Source: Bacilli bacterium
GTDB lineage: Bacteria > Bacillota_I > Bacilli_A > RFN20 > CAG-826
Assembly: GCA_045597865.1 (NCBI GenBank)
Contig: JAZLKX010000052.1
Coordinates: 64,001-128,000, forward strand
Reading direction: 5' to 3'
Length of the DNA stretch: 64,000 nt
How positions within the stretch are numbered: the stretch's first letter is position 1; each line of letters opens with the position of its first letter. The notes under the pieces were generated by a model that was not told where the DNA came from, did not search any database, and saw nothing but the letters and a program-made list of their open reading frames with translations. Positions 8,594 through 17,713 of this stretch are shown here, in pieces. The position numbers and the translations under genes were made by a program.

Positions 8594-9455
8594 CTAAATC
8601 TTAATTCCATCCACTTCAGTCTGATTCTTTGATGCAGCGACTAACTCTTTTAGTCGCTGCTCTTCTTCCGCGAAATAATCAGGCTTCTTGTACTTACCTT
8701 TGTTTCGCCATTCGGTTTTCCATTTCTTCTTGAAACCATAATCAGGATCGTACTTCTTAGTCACATACTTCGCAGGTACGTTGTTTGTAAGATACACACC
8801 TTCTTCCGTTGTCGGATCTCGATAGATCTCATAACCCTTCGGCACAAGTACGCGGTAGCAGTAGATATGTTCATCGTCTTCATCATGTTCATTTGTGACC
8901 ATGCTGTAAGCTCTGTCAATATCGCCGTAATCAAAGATGCAGTAGATTCGGCCATCATATACATCAAAGTCGTTATCCTTCTCACGGCTACGGCAACGAA
9001 TGCCTTTTTCATCAAGATCGCCGATATGACTTAGATGATACAGAATACGGAGCCCCGTCTTTCTGTCAATTTCAAAACTGTCATCATCAACACGTTCATC
9101 AGGATGGTATGTATTTGGCGTCACCCAGATCTCGTCGTCGTCCCCATCTATCTTTTGGTTCATGTATGCTTACATTGAAACCGCAGGTCTGACAGATCTT
9201 CTTAAATTCATCAGCAGGAATTTTCTCCAGTACATCTTTGCTGAAAATGTAAGTGTCTTCGTATGTGCTGCTTGTTCTTGACAGATATTCATCAAACATG
9301 CTGAGATAGTCATAATCAGGATCATATGCAGGATCGTCTTTTGACGGCAGAAGCTTCTTACCAATGATCAGCTTCAATTTCTTATCATTTGCCCATACGG
9401 ATTCAGCTATGTAACCGTTCTCAGCGAGAATTTTTAAAGATTCAGAAAGATTCAT
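8594..9455 (-). CDS. putative virion/internal protein split by a 1-nt frameshift at 9142-9145
   Basis: Removing one G from GGGG joins ORFs 9099..9455 and 8594..9163 (..KDRWDDDEIWV..); N-terminal MNLSESLKILAENGY motif; YHLS...RIYC weakly ADP-ribosyltransferase-like. Confidence 0.55.
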
Positions 9456-9456
9456 T

Positions 9457-9555
9457 TTATAGCGCCCATATAATTAAACCAACAATGATACTTGCTGCTA
9501 GTATCAACTCAAATTCAGTGCATTTGTACTTATCATTAGGATCCTGCTCGTGCAT
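9457..9555 (-). CDS. 32-aa membrane peptide
   Basis: MHEQDPNDKYKCTEFELILAASIIVGLIIWAL*, with strong RBS GAGGAGG. Confidence 0.5.
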   Translation of the reverse strand: MHEQDPNDKYKCTEFELILAASIIVGLIIWAL

Positions 9556-9740
9556 CTTAATCCTCCTCACGAATAATTTCGCGTAAAATGCCTAGAATCA
9601 CAAAAGTCCAAACTATCACATTCATCTCACTTTATTTATTTGGTATTTTTATAAATAATTTACGAGGATGATTAAGGTTGCTTGGCTAAATAATCACGGC
9701 ACTTACTTTTGAATAAATACATTAAAAGGAGTTTTAACAG

Positions 9741-11060
9741 ATGAAGCTAACAGAAGCATTAGGAATTTTGAAAAAGAACGGCGCCATCATTTCAGAAGCA
9801 AATAAGGTTGACGCTGGTTATGATCATCGTGGTTGGGCTCGTTATGGTTTTAACAGCCCTAACAAGAACCGCGGCTATGTAAAGATGCTGAATTTCCTTT
9901 ATCATGCTGAAAATGGTATGAGCAAAAAAGATATTCACAATTGGATGGGTCTAAGTACTGCCCCAGGTAACCATTCTGCAACTTGGACAGAAATGTCTGA
10001 TGCTGGTTTGGCAAAATATGACAAGCATGAACAGGTGTGGAAGATTACTACTAAGGGTAGAAAATATCTTGAAGATAATGATCTTGTCATTGACTTTAAA
10101 GAATTGACTGAACCTTATGATAAAGCTGGTGGAGCAGGAAAGAGTTCAAAAGAACTTAGGAATGAACTGGTTGATATTGTTGCCAAGGCTGGCGGCTTAA
10201 CTCGCCGTGAAATATGCAGTGCAATGGATCTTGACTGGGATGTTTGTAAGAACATTCTCAGTGCCTGTTTGCATGCGGGCGAAATTGAATGGGACGATGA
10301 TGCAGGCGTATTTAAGGCAGTTGAAGCAAACGCTGAAAATCTTAAGAAAGAATTCCTTGAAGTATTGAAACGCAAACATACACTTACCTATGAAGAAGCA
10401 GCTGAAGAATTGGGCGTAAGTATCAAGCAGGCCGTTGCTGCAGGTAATGAATGGATTAAAGCCGGCGTTGTTGATTGGAGTCCTAATAACCAGGTATTCT
10501 TCATTCCTAAAAACGATAAGAAACCAAGCGGTGACGACGACGATATGTATGATGATACGCCAATCGTTAAGCAACGTGATGAATCTTTCTTTGGATTCCT
10601 CAAGCAGAACGGCTACCGTCTAGTTGAAGATACTGATGATTCTGATGATCTTGAAATTCAAAAAGACGAATATATTCGTAATCGTCGCCGAGCAGATAGA
10701 TTTGGCCGAGGTAGTCATTCAAATTATGATTGGCGTACAAAGGAAGGAAAAGCACGCCGTGATTTAAATGCATTGGACCCTGATGGGTACTGGGCTAGAG
10801 ACCACTACAACACTAAAACAGACAGAAATCTTCACAGTAAAATATGGAATGCAAAATTATATAATCTTATCAATGCATTGAAAGATGCTGGCCTAAAAGC
10901 TGCACCGCATGATTATTATGATGCATGTGTAAAAAAAGGCAAACATACTTGGTACATTTTAGTGGATTCTGAAAATGATAGCATTCTTGTACAAGATGAA
11001 GATGATGAAGAATACACAACAGTCAATTCTATTGACGAACTAATCAATTTAATTGGCTAA
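9741..11060 (+). CDS. multidomain protein with winged-HTH-like repeats; putative packaged protein
   Basis: Repeated wHTH-like units (GLTRREICSAM, LTYEEAAEELGVS); shared N-terminal motif; late promoter at 9714. Confidence 0.6.
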   Translation: MKLTEALGILKKNGAIISEANKVDAGYDHRGWARYGFNSPNKNRGYVKMLNFLYHAENGMSKKDIHNWMGLSTAPGNHSATWTEMSDAGLAKYDKHEQVWKITTKGRKYLEDNDLVIDFKELTEPYDKAGGAGKSSKELRNELVDIVAKAGGLTRREICSAMDLDWDVCKNILSACLHAGEIEWDDDAGVFKAVEANAENLKKEFLEVLKRKHTLTYEEAAEELGVSIKQAVAAGNEWIKAGVVDWSPNNQVFFIPKNDKKPSGDDDDMYDDTPIVKQRDESFFGFLKQNGYRLVEDTDDSDDLEIQKDEYIRNRRRADRFGRGSHSNYDWRTKEGKARRDLNALDPDGYWARDHYNTKTDRNLHSKIWNAKLYNLINALKDAGLKAAPHDYYDACVKKGKHTWYILVDSENDSILVQDEDDEEYTTVNSIDELINLIG

Positions 11061-11136
11061 TAAGATAACAATTTTTCATTCAATTCCGCAATCTTTGAAT
11101 GAAAAAAAATGATTGCGAAATGGAGATAAAAATAAT

Positions 11137-11595
11137 ATGTTGCTAAGTGAAGCTAAAGAAATCCTAAAGAGGAATGGTTACCGTCTTACTGAAGTTTATG
11201 ATGCAGTAACTGACAGAAATAACATTAAGAATTCTCGTCAGTCACGCACAAACGGCTATGTTCCTTATATACTTAAAAGAATTAGATTGGCATTAGCTGA
11301 AGAAGGAGTTGAAGCTGAACTACGTGGTGACCGTACTGGATCCTGGTTAAAAATCGGTCATTTCACTTTGTGGCAGACTACACAAGACTGGGAGTCAGGA
11401 TATGTGAATCATGTTCCTAGAAGTGTTGAAAAAGATAACATTGGACCTGAAAGCGGACAACACGCTGATTTTAAATCAGTTGAAACTGAAGTTACTTTAA
11501 CACTATATTCTGGTATGAAACAAGTTGACACTGCTGATTTTGACCCTCGTAATACTCCAAGCATGGTTGAATGGATTCTTGACCACATTGAATAA
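11137..11595 (+). CDS. hypothetical protein with shared N-terminal motif
   Basis: MLLSEAKEILKRNGYRLTE. Confidence 0.65.
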   Translation: MLLSEAKEILKRNGYRLTEVYDAVTDRNNIKNSRQSRTNGYVPYILKRIRLALAEEGVEAELRGDRTGSWLKIGHFTLWQTTQDWESGYVNHVPRSVEKDNIGPESGQHADFKSVETEVTLTLYSGMKQVDTADFDPRNTPSMVEWILDHIE

Positions 11596-11649
11596 GATTG
11601 TTCCAAGGATTCTGAAATATAAGTAAATACTTCGGAAAAAATTATTTAA

Positions 11650-11683
11650 GGCCGGCGTCAAAGCGCCGGTTTTTTATTATATT
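11650..11683 (+). terminator. terminator fused to a TATATT -10 element
   Basis: GCCGGCG-TCAAAG-CGCCGGT, T tract, then TATATT. Confidence 0.7.
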
Positions 11684-11708
11684 TGAATAAAATCAAAAAG
11701 GAAGCAAT

Positions 11709-11906
11709 ATGTCACCATTACTTTTGGTCATAACACTTTTCATCTATCAGATTCTGGCACAGATCATCGGCGCGGGCGCAGCTAAAAAGGCAGCAACGAA
11801 CGGCGATAAAGTAAACATGCTACATTTGGCCGGATTTTACTATGCGTGGCAATTTATCTTTCAGCTCATATTCGTGATTGTTTTAAGTCAGCTAGGTGTG
11901 ATATAA
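11709..11906 (+). CDS. small two-TM membrane protein
   Basis: Two hydrophobic helices; RBS AAGGA. Confidence 0.6.
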   Translation: MSPLLLVITLFIYQILAQIIGAGAAKKAATNGDKVNMLHLAGFYYAWQFIFQLIFVIVLSQLGVI

Positions 11907-11937
11907 ATAACATACCAAAAATTAAGGAGAAATCAAA

Positions 11938-12438
11938 ATGATTAAGGAATCAAAGAAGTTTACTAAGTATCAGTTGAAGACTGCTTTCGAGTATTTCAAT
12001 GACTTGTTCAATAAGCCGGGACAGAATCCTACTTATTCTGCATTCATCTATGCCAACCATGAAATCTTGTTGCCGCATTATCTTGCACTTCAACAGGCTG
12101 TGTATGATGAAAACAACGATCCTCAGTATCGTGAATTCCAGCACAGAGCTCGTGACATTCAGGTTAAGCACGCTGATGTTGATGAAAACAACAAGAAGAA
12201 GTTTACTGAAAATGGTGAACCTATCGTAACAGTAAACCGCGAAGCAGCTATGAAGGAACTTGGCGCTTTGCAGGAAGAATATAAGGAACTTATTACTCGC
12301 ATTCAGAATAAGAATCAGACAAACTCTGCCCTTTATGGTCAGACTGTTGAATTGGAAGTTGTAGTACTTCCGGCAACTCAATTCGTAAACGACGCGCCTC
12401 CGTACATTGTTGGTGCATTCATCACAGGAGCTATCTAA
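11938..12438 (+). CDS. hypothetical protein
   Basis: RBS AAGGAG; late promoter at 11902. Confidence 0.7.
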   Translation: MIKESKKFTKYQLKTAFEYFNDLFNKPGQNPTYSAFIYANHEILLPHYLALQQAVYDENNDPQYREFQHRARDIQVKHADVDENNKKKFTENGEPIVTVNREAAMKELGALQEEYKELITRIQNKNQTNSALYGQTVELEVVVLPATQFVNDAPPYIVGAFITGAI

Positions 12439-12439
12439 T

Positions 12440-12781
12440 ATGTTCAATGCGCCGATCTCTACTGCAAACCTGCTATCGGCTGAAACTATCAAATTCTATG
12501 TGCTAAGACATAGGAAAACCGGAGCATACTTTACTGGTGCACACAGTGAGCCATCAACTTTGCATGCAATGTATGCTGGAACTATCACCGAATGCGATAT
12601 TTTTGCTTCCAAAGATACAGCAGAAGCAATGCGGTCAAATGCGCTAAAGAAACTTTCAGACGATGTGATGACAGCAAACGAAGTTTGTATGTATGACTTC
12701 ATTGCGGAATCTGAAATCGTCACAGTTGAAAAAACCGTTACATATCGTGAACCTACAGGTGTAGCTCCACGAGGAGTTTAA
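12440..12781 (+). CDS. hypothetical protein
   Basis: ORF tightly packed in operon. Confidence 0.6.
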   Translation: MFNAPISTANLLSAETIKFYVLRHRKTGAYFTGAHSEPSTLHAMYAGTITECDIFASKDTAEAMRSNALKKLSDDVMTANEVCMYDFIAESEIVTVEKTVTYREPTGVAPRGV

Positions 12782-12787
12782 TAAAAC

Positions 12788-13318
12788 ATGCCTGATTACA
12801 ATGTTGAGATTTTACAACATCCAACAGAAGATGATTGGCAAACAGTAAAGCTTCTTGCCTTAAACACGATGGGCAAGAGCTATATGAAGGATAAGGAAAT
12901 GTCTCAGGAATTGAAGGCTAAATATCTTCGTTCTGAGCATTCACCTATTCGTGCTTTGCAGTTTATCATCAAGATGGAAATTCCGTATTATGTTTCTACA
13001 CACCTTGTAAGACATAAGTACGGCGTTGAACATTTTATTCAGTCACAGCGAAATGATCGTCAGGATAAGTATGACCGTGAACAGGCACCACAGGGCGCTT
13101 TGGTATCACATATCATGCTTGTCAATGCTCAAGCGCTGATGGCTATGTCAAGAAAGCGTCTGTGTGGTAAAGCTGATATTACTACGCAGAAGGTTTGGAG
13201 AACTGTTGTCAAAAAGGTACTTGAAACTAATCCTGAATTTAAGGAAGTTCTCGTTCCTAACTGTGAATACCTACATTCTTGCCCTGAGTTCCAATCTTGT
13301 GGGCGTTGGAAAGAATAA
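12788..13318 (+). CDS. thyX: flavin-dependent thymidylate synthase ThyX-like
   Basis: SEHSPIR, HLVRH...QSQR, RKRLCGKA, C-terminal PNC...CPE. Confidence 0.75.
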   Translation: MPDYNVEILQHPTEDDWQTVKLLALNTMGKSYMKDKEMSQELKAKYLRSEHSPIRALQFIIKMEIPYYVSTHLVRHKYGVEHFIQSQRNDRQDKYDREQAPQGALVSHIMLVNAQALMAMSRKRLCGKADITTQKVWRTVVKKVLETNPEFKEVLVPNCEYLHSCPEFQSCGRWKE

Positions 13319-13764
13319 TGAAAGATGTTGCTATAAAATGCGATTTTAAGAAGGCAATGAGCGATGCTCATTGCCTTCTTACTAAAAAGGATATGGCTAC
13401 TTTTCTTAACAAGCATCCGTTGCTTCAAAAGAATGGTGACCAAACAACATATTCGTTTAAAGACATTCCAGAAATCGGCCAAGTTATCTCAATAGCAACG
13501 ACATATATGCATGTTGCTGAGGGTTATAAAATACGAGATGAACACGGATATTACACCGATGTATATCGTGTAGAACCTGAAATCTTTGCTATAGGCTGGC
13601 AGCGATATACATATAAGCTTATGACTGCTGAATTGGTGGATAACATTATCAAAGCAGTTCATACAGCAGCACTTGAAGCACAAAAACAGCACAGACGGGC
13701 TATGGTTGAATGGAATAAGTATCTTATTATGCAAGAAGCTGAACAGGATTTATGCTCCACATAA
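13318..13764 (+). CDS. hypothetical protein
   Basis: Overlaps thyX stop (TAATG). Confidence 0.6.
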   Translation: MKDVAIKCDFKKAMSDAHCLLTKKDMATFLNKHPLLQKNGDQTTYSFKDIPEIGQVISIATTYMHVAEGYKIRDEHGYYTDVYRVEPEIFAIGWQRYTYKLMTAELVDNIIKAVHTAALEAQKQHRRAMVEWNKYLIMQEAEQDLCST

Positions 13765-14567
13765 TTTGTTTGACAAAAAGTTACCGACTTGATGATTTTG
13801 AATGCTGGGTAAAGTTCCATGTTGGTCCTAACACGAAGATACATATCATTGATAATGATTCTTCGGTAAACATTGAACCCATTTGTCAGAAATACGGCTT
13901 AGAAAGAATCACACTTTTTGGCTTTGCTGACCAATGGGGACTTTTTGGTAACATACTAAATGGAAAAACAGAGATAAAGTTTGAAGAGGACGACATTGTG
14001 ATGTTCTTAGATGACGATGAATTCCTTTGGTATGATGGAAATAAGTATTCGTCCTTAGAATGCGCATTAAAAGCCAGTTTTAAACAGACGGGTTGTTTAT
14101 TATTGCCTGAAATTTTGATGTCCACGCATCATTTAACGGTCGGTAGAAGCACTGTTTGTCCCGAGGCGTGCTATTATCGCCGAGGCGATTTGTCAAGCCA
14201 AGGAAAAGCAGCAGTTTTATGGGCGTCTTGGCTCAAATACTCCTTTAATCACGGCGATACTGAAATTGGACATGTGCCGTGGATAAACAAGCACCGCTAT
14301 TCTGATGTACTCGGATCGGATGTAAGTAAGACTACTTACGGACTTTGTGATTATGAGGCTCCTTTGAGACTTTATCATTATCATATTAAGTCGGAAACTG
14401 ATTGGAATATCAAAATACAACGAGGATCTGCCGCGGTATTTGTGAATAAACCCGGAAAAAACGGAAGTTATGACCCGGACATTACCAAAGATAAGAAATT
14501 TGGTGGGTATGACATCCCGGATTTTACTATGAAGCAAGCTTGGGAAAGAATCAAAGGAAATTCTTAG
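13752..14567 (+). CDS. glycosyltransferase, paralog of 6345..7121
   Basis: LTKSY.LDDF..W, IDNDSSV, MFLDDDEFLW, LYHYHIKS. Confidence 0.7.
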   Translation: MLHIICLTKSYRLDDFECWVKFHVGPNTKIHIIDNDSSVNIEPICQKYGLERITLFGFADQWGLFGNILNGKTEIKFEEDDIVMFLDDDEFLWYDGNKYSSLECALKASFKQTGCLLLPEILMSTHHLTVGRSTVCPEACYYRRGDLSSQGKAAVLWASWLKYSFNHGDTEIGHVPWINKHRYSDVLGSDVSKTTYGLCDYEAPLRLYHYHIKSETDWNIKIQRGSAAVFVNKPGKNGSYDPDITKDKKFGGYDIPDFTMKQAWERIKGNS

Positions 14568-14575
14568 CTTGACTA

Positions 14576-14604
14576 TTTACAGTAATAGGAAAAGTTGTTA
14601 AATT
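14576..14604 (+). promoter_or_regulatory. early promoter
   Basis: TTTACA-17 nt-TAAATT with TG extension; near-duplicate of 20406-20434. Confidence 0.6.
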
Positions 14605-14632
14605 TTATTCGTAATCAAAATGGAGAAACACA

Positions 14633-15106
14633 ATGCCTAACTATTTCACCCCTGCCCTCTATCTGATCCGCGGTGTTGCGGGTTCCGGCAAGACAACTTA
14701 TGCAAAGAATCATTTGATTCCTATCCTGCAGAAAGAAACCGGTATTGTACCGATTCCGCACTTTGAAGCAGATGACTTCTGGATGAGACGACAGCCGGAT
14801 GGTTCGCTTAAGTATGTGTTTGAACCTGCTAAACTGGGTTTGGCTCATAAGACCTGCCTTGACAATATGAAGGCTGCATTCAACAGCGCAGATTTTCATA
14901 CGGTAGTTGTTGTTTCAAACACTTTCACGACTGAAAAGGAAATGAAGCCTTACATTGAGTTTGCTGAACAGAACGGTATTGAGGTAAACGTCATTCGTAT
15001 GAATACTTGGTACGGTTCAATTCACGATGTTCCTGCCGATGTCATTGACAATATGCGTAAGCGCCTGGAAGCAAATCCATATCCTTATGAAACTGTGATT
15101 GGATAA
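14633..15106 (+). CDS. P-loop kinase (AAA_33 / polynucleotide kinase-like)
   Basis: IRGVAGSGKTT, EADDF, VVSNTF, HDVP motif. Confidence 0.8.
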   Translation: MPNYFTPALYLIRGVAGSGKTTYAKNHLIPILQKETGIVPIPHFEADDFWMRRQPDGSLKYVFEPAKLGLAHKTCLDNMKAAFNSADFHTVVVVSNTFTTEKEMKPYIEFAEQNGIEVNVIRMNTWYGSIHDVPADVIDNMRKRLEANPYPYETVIG

Positions 15107-15166
15107 ATTAAAACAGGCGAAGCAAAACAACATTTTAGCGCAGCGCATTGCTGCATAAGGATTTTT

Positions 15167-15943
15167 ATGTCAAACCATATTGTGATACCTGACGACAAAG
15201 AACTGTATTTTGTTTCTGACTTCCATTTTTGCCATCATAAGCTCTGCCGAGGCTATGAAGACTCGTTCAACATGCCTCGTAACTTTGAAACGACAGATGA
15301 GATGAATGAAGCCATCGTCAAGTCAATGCAATTAGGTCCTAATGCAGTTGTTGTGTTCTTGGGCGACTTTTGTATGAATGTGCCTGGGTCAGAAATGCGT
15401 GATACTTTTTATAAGTTCATTGACCAGTTCAAAGTTGACAAGATGTTGATGATTTTTGGAAATCATGACCATGTGTTGAAGAAGAAACTATGCGATGACA
15501 ACATTGAGTTCTATTCATACACGGTTATTGAACATCGTGGCAAGACATATTTCTGTCAGCACCGTGACTTTAATGAAAATCCATACTTCCTGAAACACGA
15601 AGGTGCGGAATTTCTTAACGCTATTCCTGAAAACTGTCTATATCTTGTACACGGACATACACATTCACCGATCTTCTTGTCTAAAGTTGATAAATGGACG
15701 CAGAACTGCGTTTGCTTTGATGTTGCCAATCGTCCTATCGCCGCAGACGAACTTGTTCCGTACGATATGGACATTAATGCAGACATTGATTTGGCTCCGG
15801 AGCTTACTCAGTACTATGAGAATATCGCTGAAGAGTGTGGAACTTCATTGGAACAGCTGATTGATGACAGCATTCATCATGCGATGTCACACAATGAAGT
15901 GCTTCAGGAAATCAACTATGCACTAAACAACTTAACCAAATAA
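15167..15943 (+). CDS. calcineurin-like metallophosphoesterase
   Basis: SDFHF, LGDF, GNHD, HGHTH motifs. Confidence 0.85.
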   Translation: MSNHIVIPDDKELYFVSDFHFCHHKLCRGYEDSFNMPRNFETTDEMNEAIVKSMQLGPNAVVVFLGDFCMNVPGSEMRDTFYKFIDQFKVDKMLMIFGNHDHVLKKKLCDDNIEFYSYTVIEHRGKTYFCQHRDFNENPYFLKHEGAEFLNAIPENCLYLVHGHTHSPIFLSKVDKWTQNCVCFDVANRPIAADELVPYDMDINADIDLAPELTQYYENIAEECGTSLEQLIDDSIHHAMSHNEVLQEINYALNNLTK

Positions 15944-15950
15944 ATAATAC

Positions 15951-16088
15951 ATGAGAAAGCTATACGAAACCCTTTGCCGTCTTATTGACGAAGATCCTAT
16001 AGTTATCATGCTATATGGTCTTGAGGGTCTCGTTGTTTTGACCGGCTTAGGTCTTGTGGCTCTCATCGCCAAAGTAATGTTACTTTAG
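15951..16088 (+). CDS. small membrane peptide (45 aa)
   Basis: MRKLYETLCRLIDEDPIVIMLYGLEGLVVLTGLGLVALIAKVMLL*. Confidence 0.5.
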   Translation: MRKLYETLCRLIDEDPIVIMLYGLEGLVVLTGLGLVALIAKVMLL

Positions 16089-16096
16089 GAAGTAAT

Positions 16097-16255
16097 ATGT
16101 CAATACTGATGGGCATCTTATTTATCTTAATAGGTCAGATTATGTGGATGGTAAATGCACCCGTTGCATGCGTCATTCTTGAGACTTTGCTCGGTCTTAT
16201 GTGCTTGACCTATTCTACCATTGAACATTTTTCAAACAAGAAGGATCCAAAATGA
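16097..16255 (+). CDS. small membrane peptide (52 aa)
   Basis: MSILMGILFILIGQIMW...; ATGA overlap with next gene. Confidence 0.5.
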   Translation: MSILMGILFILIGQIMWMVNAPVACVILETLLGLMCLTYSTIEHFSNKKDPK

Positions 16256-17115
16256 AAACTGGATATGTACTTTCGGATGTCCATGTAGATTTTCTTTACA
16301 GGGGCAATAACCCGGAACATACTTATGAAGAATTTGCTGCACTTGCTGACAAATGGCTTGTTGGGTTGAACTTGCCGCCTACATACGCACTTATCGTTGC
16401 TGGCGACATCTCAAACGACTTTCAGACATTCACTTACTTCTGTCAGTGGATTTCTGGTAAGTATTCAAAGACTTACATTGTGCCTGGAAACCATGATATG
16501 GTTGTGAGAGGCTCAACGCCGTCTACCTCTAATCAGCAGTTTCAGACTTCCTTTGACAGAATTGAAGCTATGAAGAAGGAATGCGCCAAGTATGATAATG
16601 TTGTCCTGCTTGATGGTGACATTATTGATGGAATCGGCGGAACCATGGGTATGTGCGATTTTGAATATCGCCCAAGCATTACGCTGAACTATCCGTTGTT
16701 CTGGAAGATGCATTGGTTTGATGGCAAGCACTGGAGACTTGATGGCACTGAACCTTTGGAATACTGGAAGCAGCAGCAGGCTAAGATGCACGCCATCATT
16801 GATAAGCAGCCAAAGGTTGTGATGACGCATTTTGCGCCTGTTCAGGTTGGCGTTCCGTTTGAATATCGGAATGATAACTGCTCTTGCTTCTTCTATTTCA
16901 ACGGTGAGGAATTCTTGGAAAGAATGCCGAATGATTCCTATTGGATCTGCGGTCATACCCATGATTTCCATGCAGTAGATTATACCTGCAAGAATGGCAA
17001 TGTTGTGCACATTCTTTGTAACCCACATGGCTATCCTGGTGAACAGGACTATAATTGGTATGATCCTACCGCAGGTTACAAGAAAGAAAATTTCATCATT
17101 CCATTGCCAGAATAG
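16252..17115 (+). CDS. calcineurin-like metallophosphoesterase
   Basis: SDVHVD, AGDIS, PGNHD, THFAP, CGHTH, CNPHGYPGE. Confidence 0.85.
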   Translation: MKTGYVLSDVHVDFLYRGNNPEHTYEEFAALADKWLVGLNLPPTYALIVAGDISNDFQTFTYFCQWISGKYSKTYIVPGNHDMVVRGSTPSTSNQQFQTSFDRIEAMKKECAKYDNVVLLDGDIIDGIGGTMGMCDFEYRPSITLNYPLFWKMHWFDGKHWRLDGTEPLEYWKQQQAKMHAIIDKQPKVVMTHFAPVQVGVPFEYRNDNCSCFFYFNGEEFLERMPNDSYWICGHTHDFHAVDYTCKNGNVVHILCNPHGYPGEQDYNWYDPTAGYKKENFIIPLPE

Positions 17116-17159
17116 TTAAAAGTTGTTATTTTAAAAACACAATTCAACAAGGAGATAAC

Positions 17160-17480
17160 ATGAGCCGTTCTCGTAAGAAACCTCTTCCTGGTACAAAAGA
17201 AACTTTCCGCGTCGGTATTGCATATTGTGATGACTGGACTATGGGTAAGTGGAAGCGCAGATACAACCGTGATATGCGCCGCAAGAATCACCAGCTTGAA
17301 AATGTTATCTCCAAACTTGATGAAGATTCCATTGAGGACGATGAAAGCGTTTGGATGAATGATCCGAATGATTTGCCGTCCGGTGTCGGTGATTTGTGGC
17401 TGTCACCTTGTGATGGATATTTGCTGTTTGACGCATCTGTCCGACGGAACGGCAAAACTTATCAGCTTGCTATGAAATAA
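17160..17480 (+). CDS. hypothetical basic protein
   Basis: MSRSRKKP start; RBS AAGGAG. Confidence 0.65.
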   Translation: MSRSRKKPLPGTKETFRVGIAYCDDWTMGKWKRRYNRDMRRKNHQLENVISKLDEDSIEDDESVWMNDPNDLPSGVGDLWLSPCDGYLLFDASVRRNGKTYQLAMK

Positions 17481-17482
17481 AT

Positions 17483-17713
17483 ATGGGACCAACTGAACGA
17501 ACATTAATGATGGCGCAGTATGCAGGCAATGGCCAGGTATTACTTGACTCTGCAGGCATGCTTTTTGTTTTAGCAGGCTTGTCATTTCTGTGCTGTTTAA
17601 TTGTTGTGGCAATTTGCTTATGTGCCGTGAATGAATTTGTGGATTGGTATAACAAAAAGAAACTGAAGAAAGAATTTGAAGAGGAAGAAGATGACATACA
17701 CACCAAAACTTGA
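17483..17713 (+). CDS. small membrane protein
   Basis: Single long hydrophobic helix with charged tail. Confidence 0.55.
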   Translation: MGPTERTLMMAQYAGNGQVLLDSAGMLFVLAGLSFLCCLIVVAICLCAVNEFVDWYNKKKLKKEFEEEEDDIHTKT

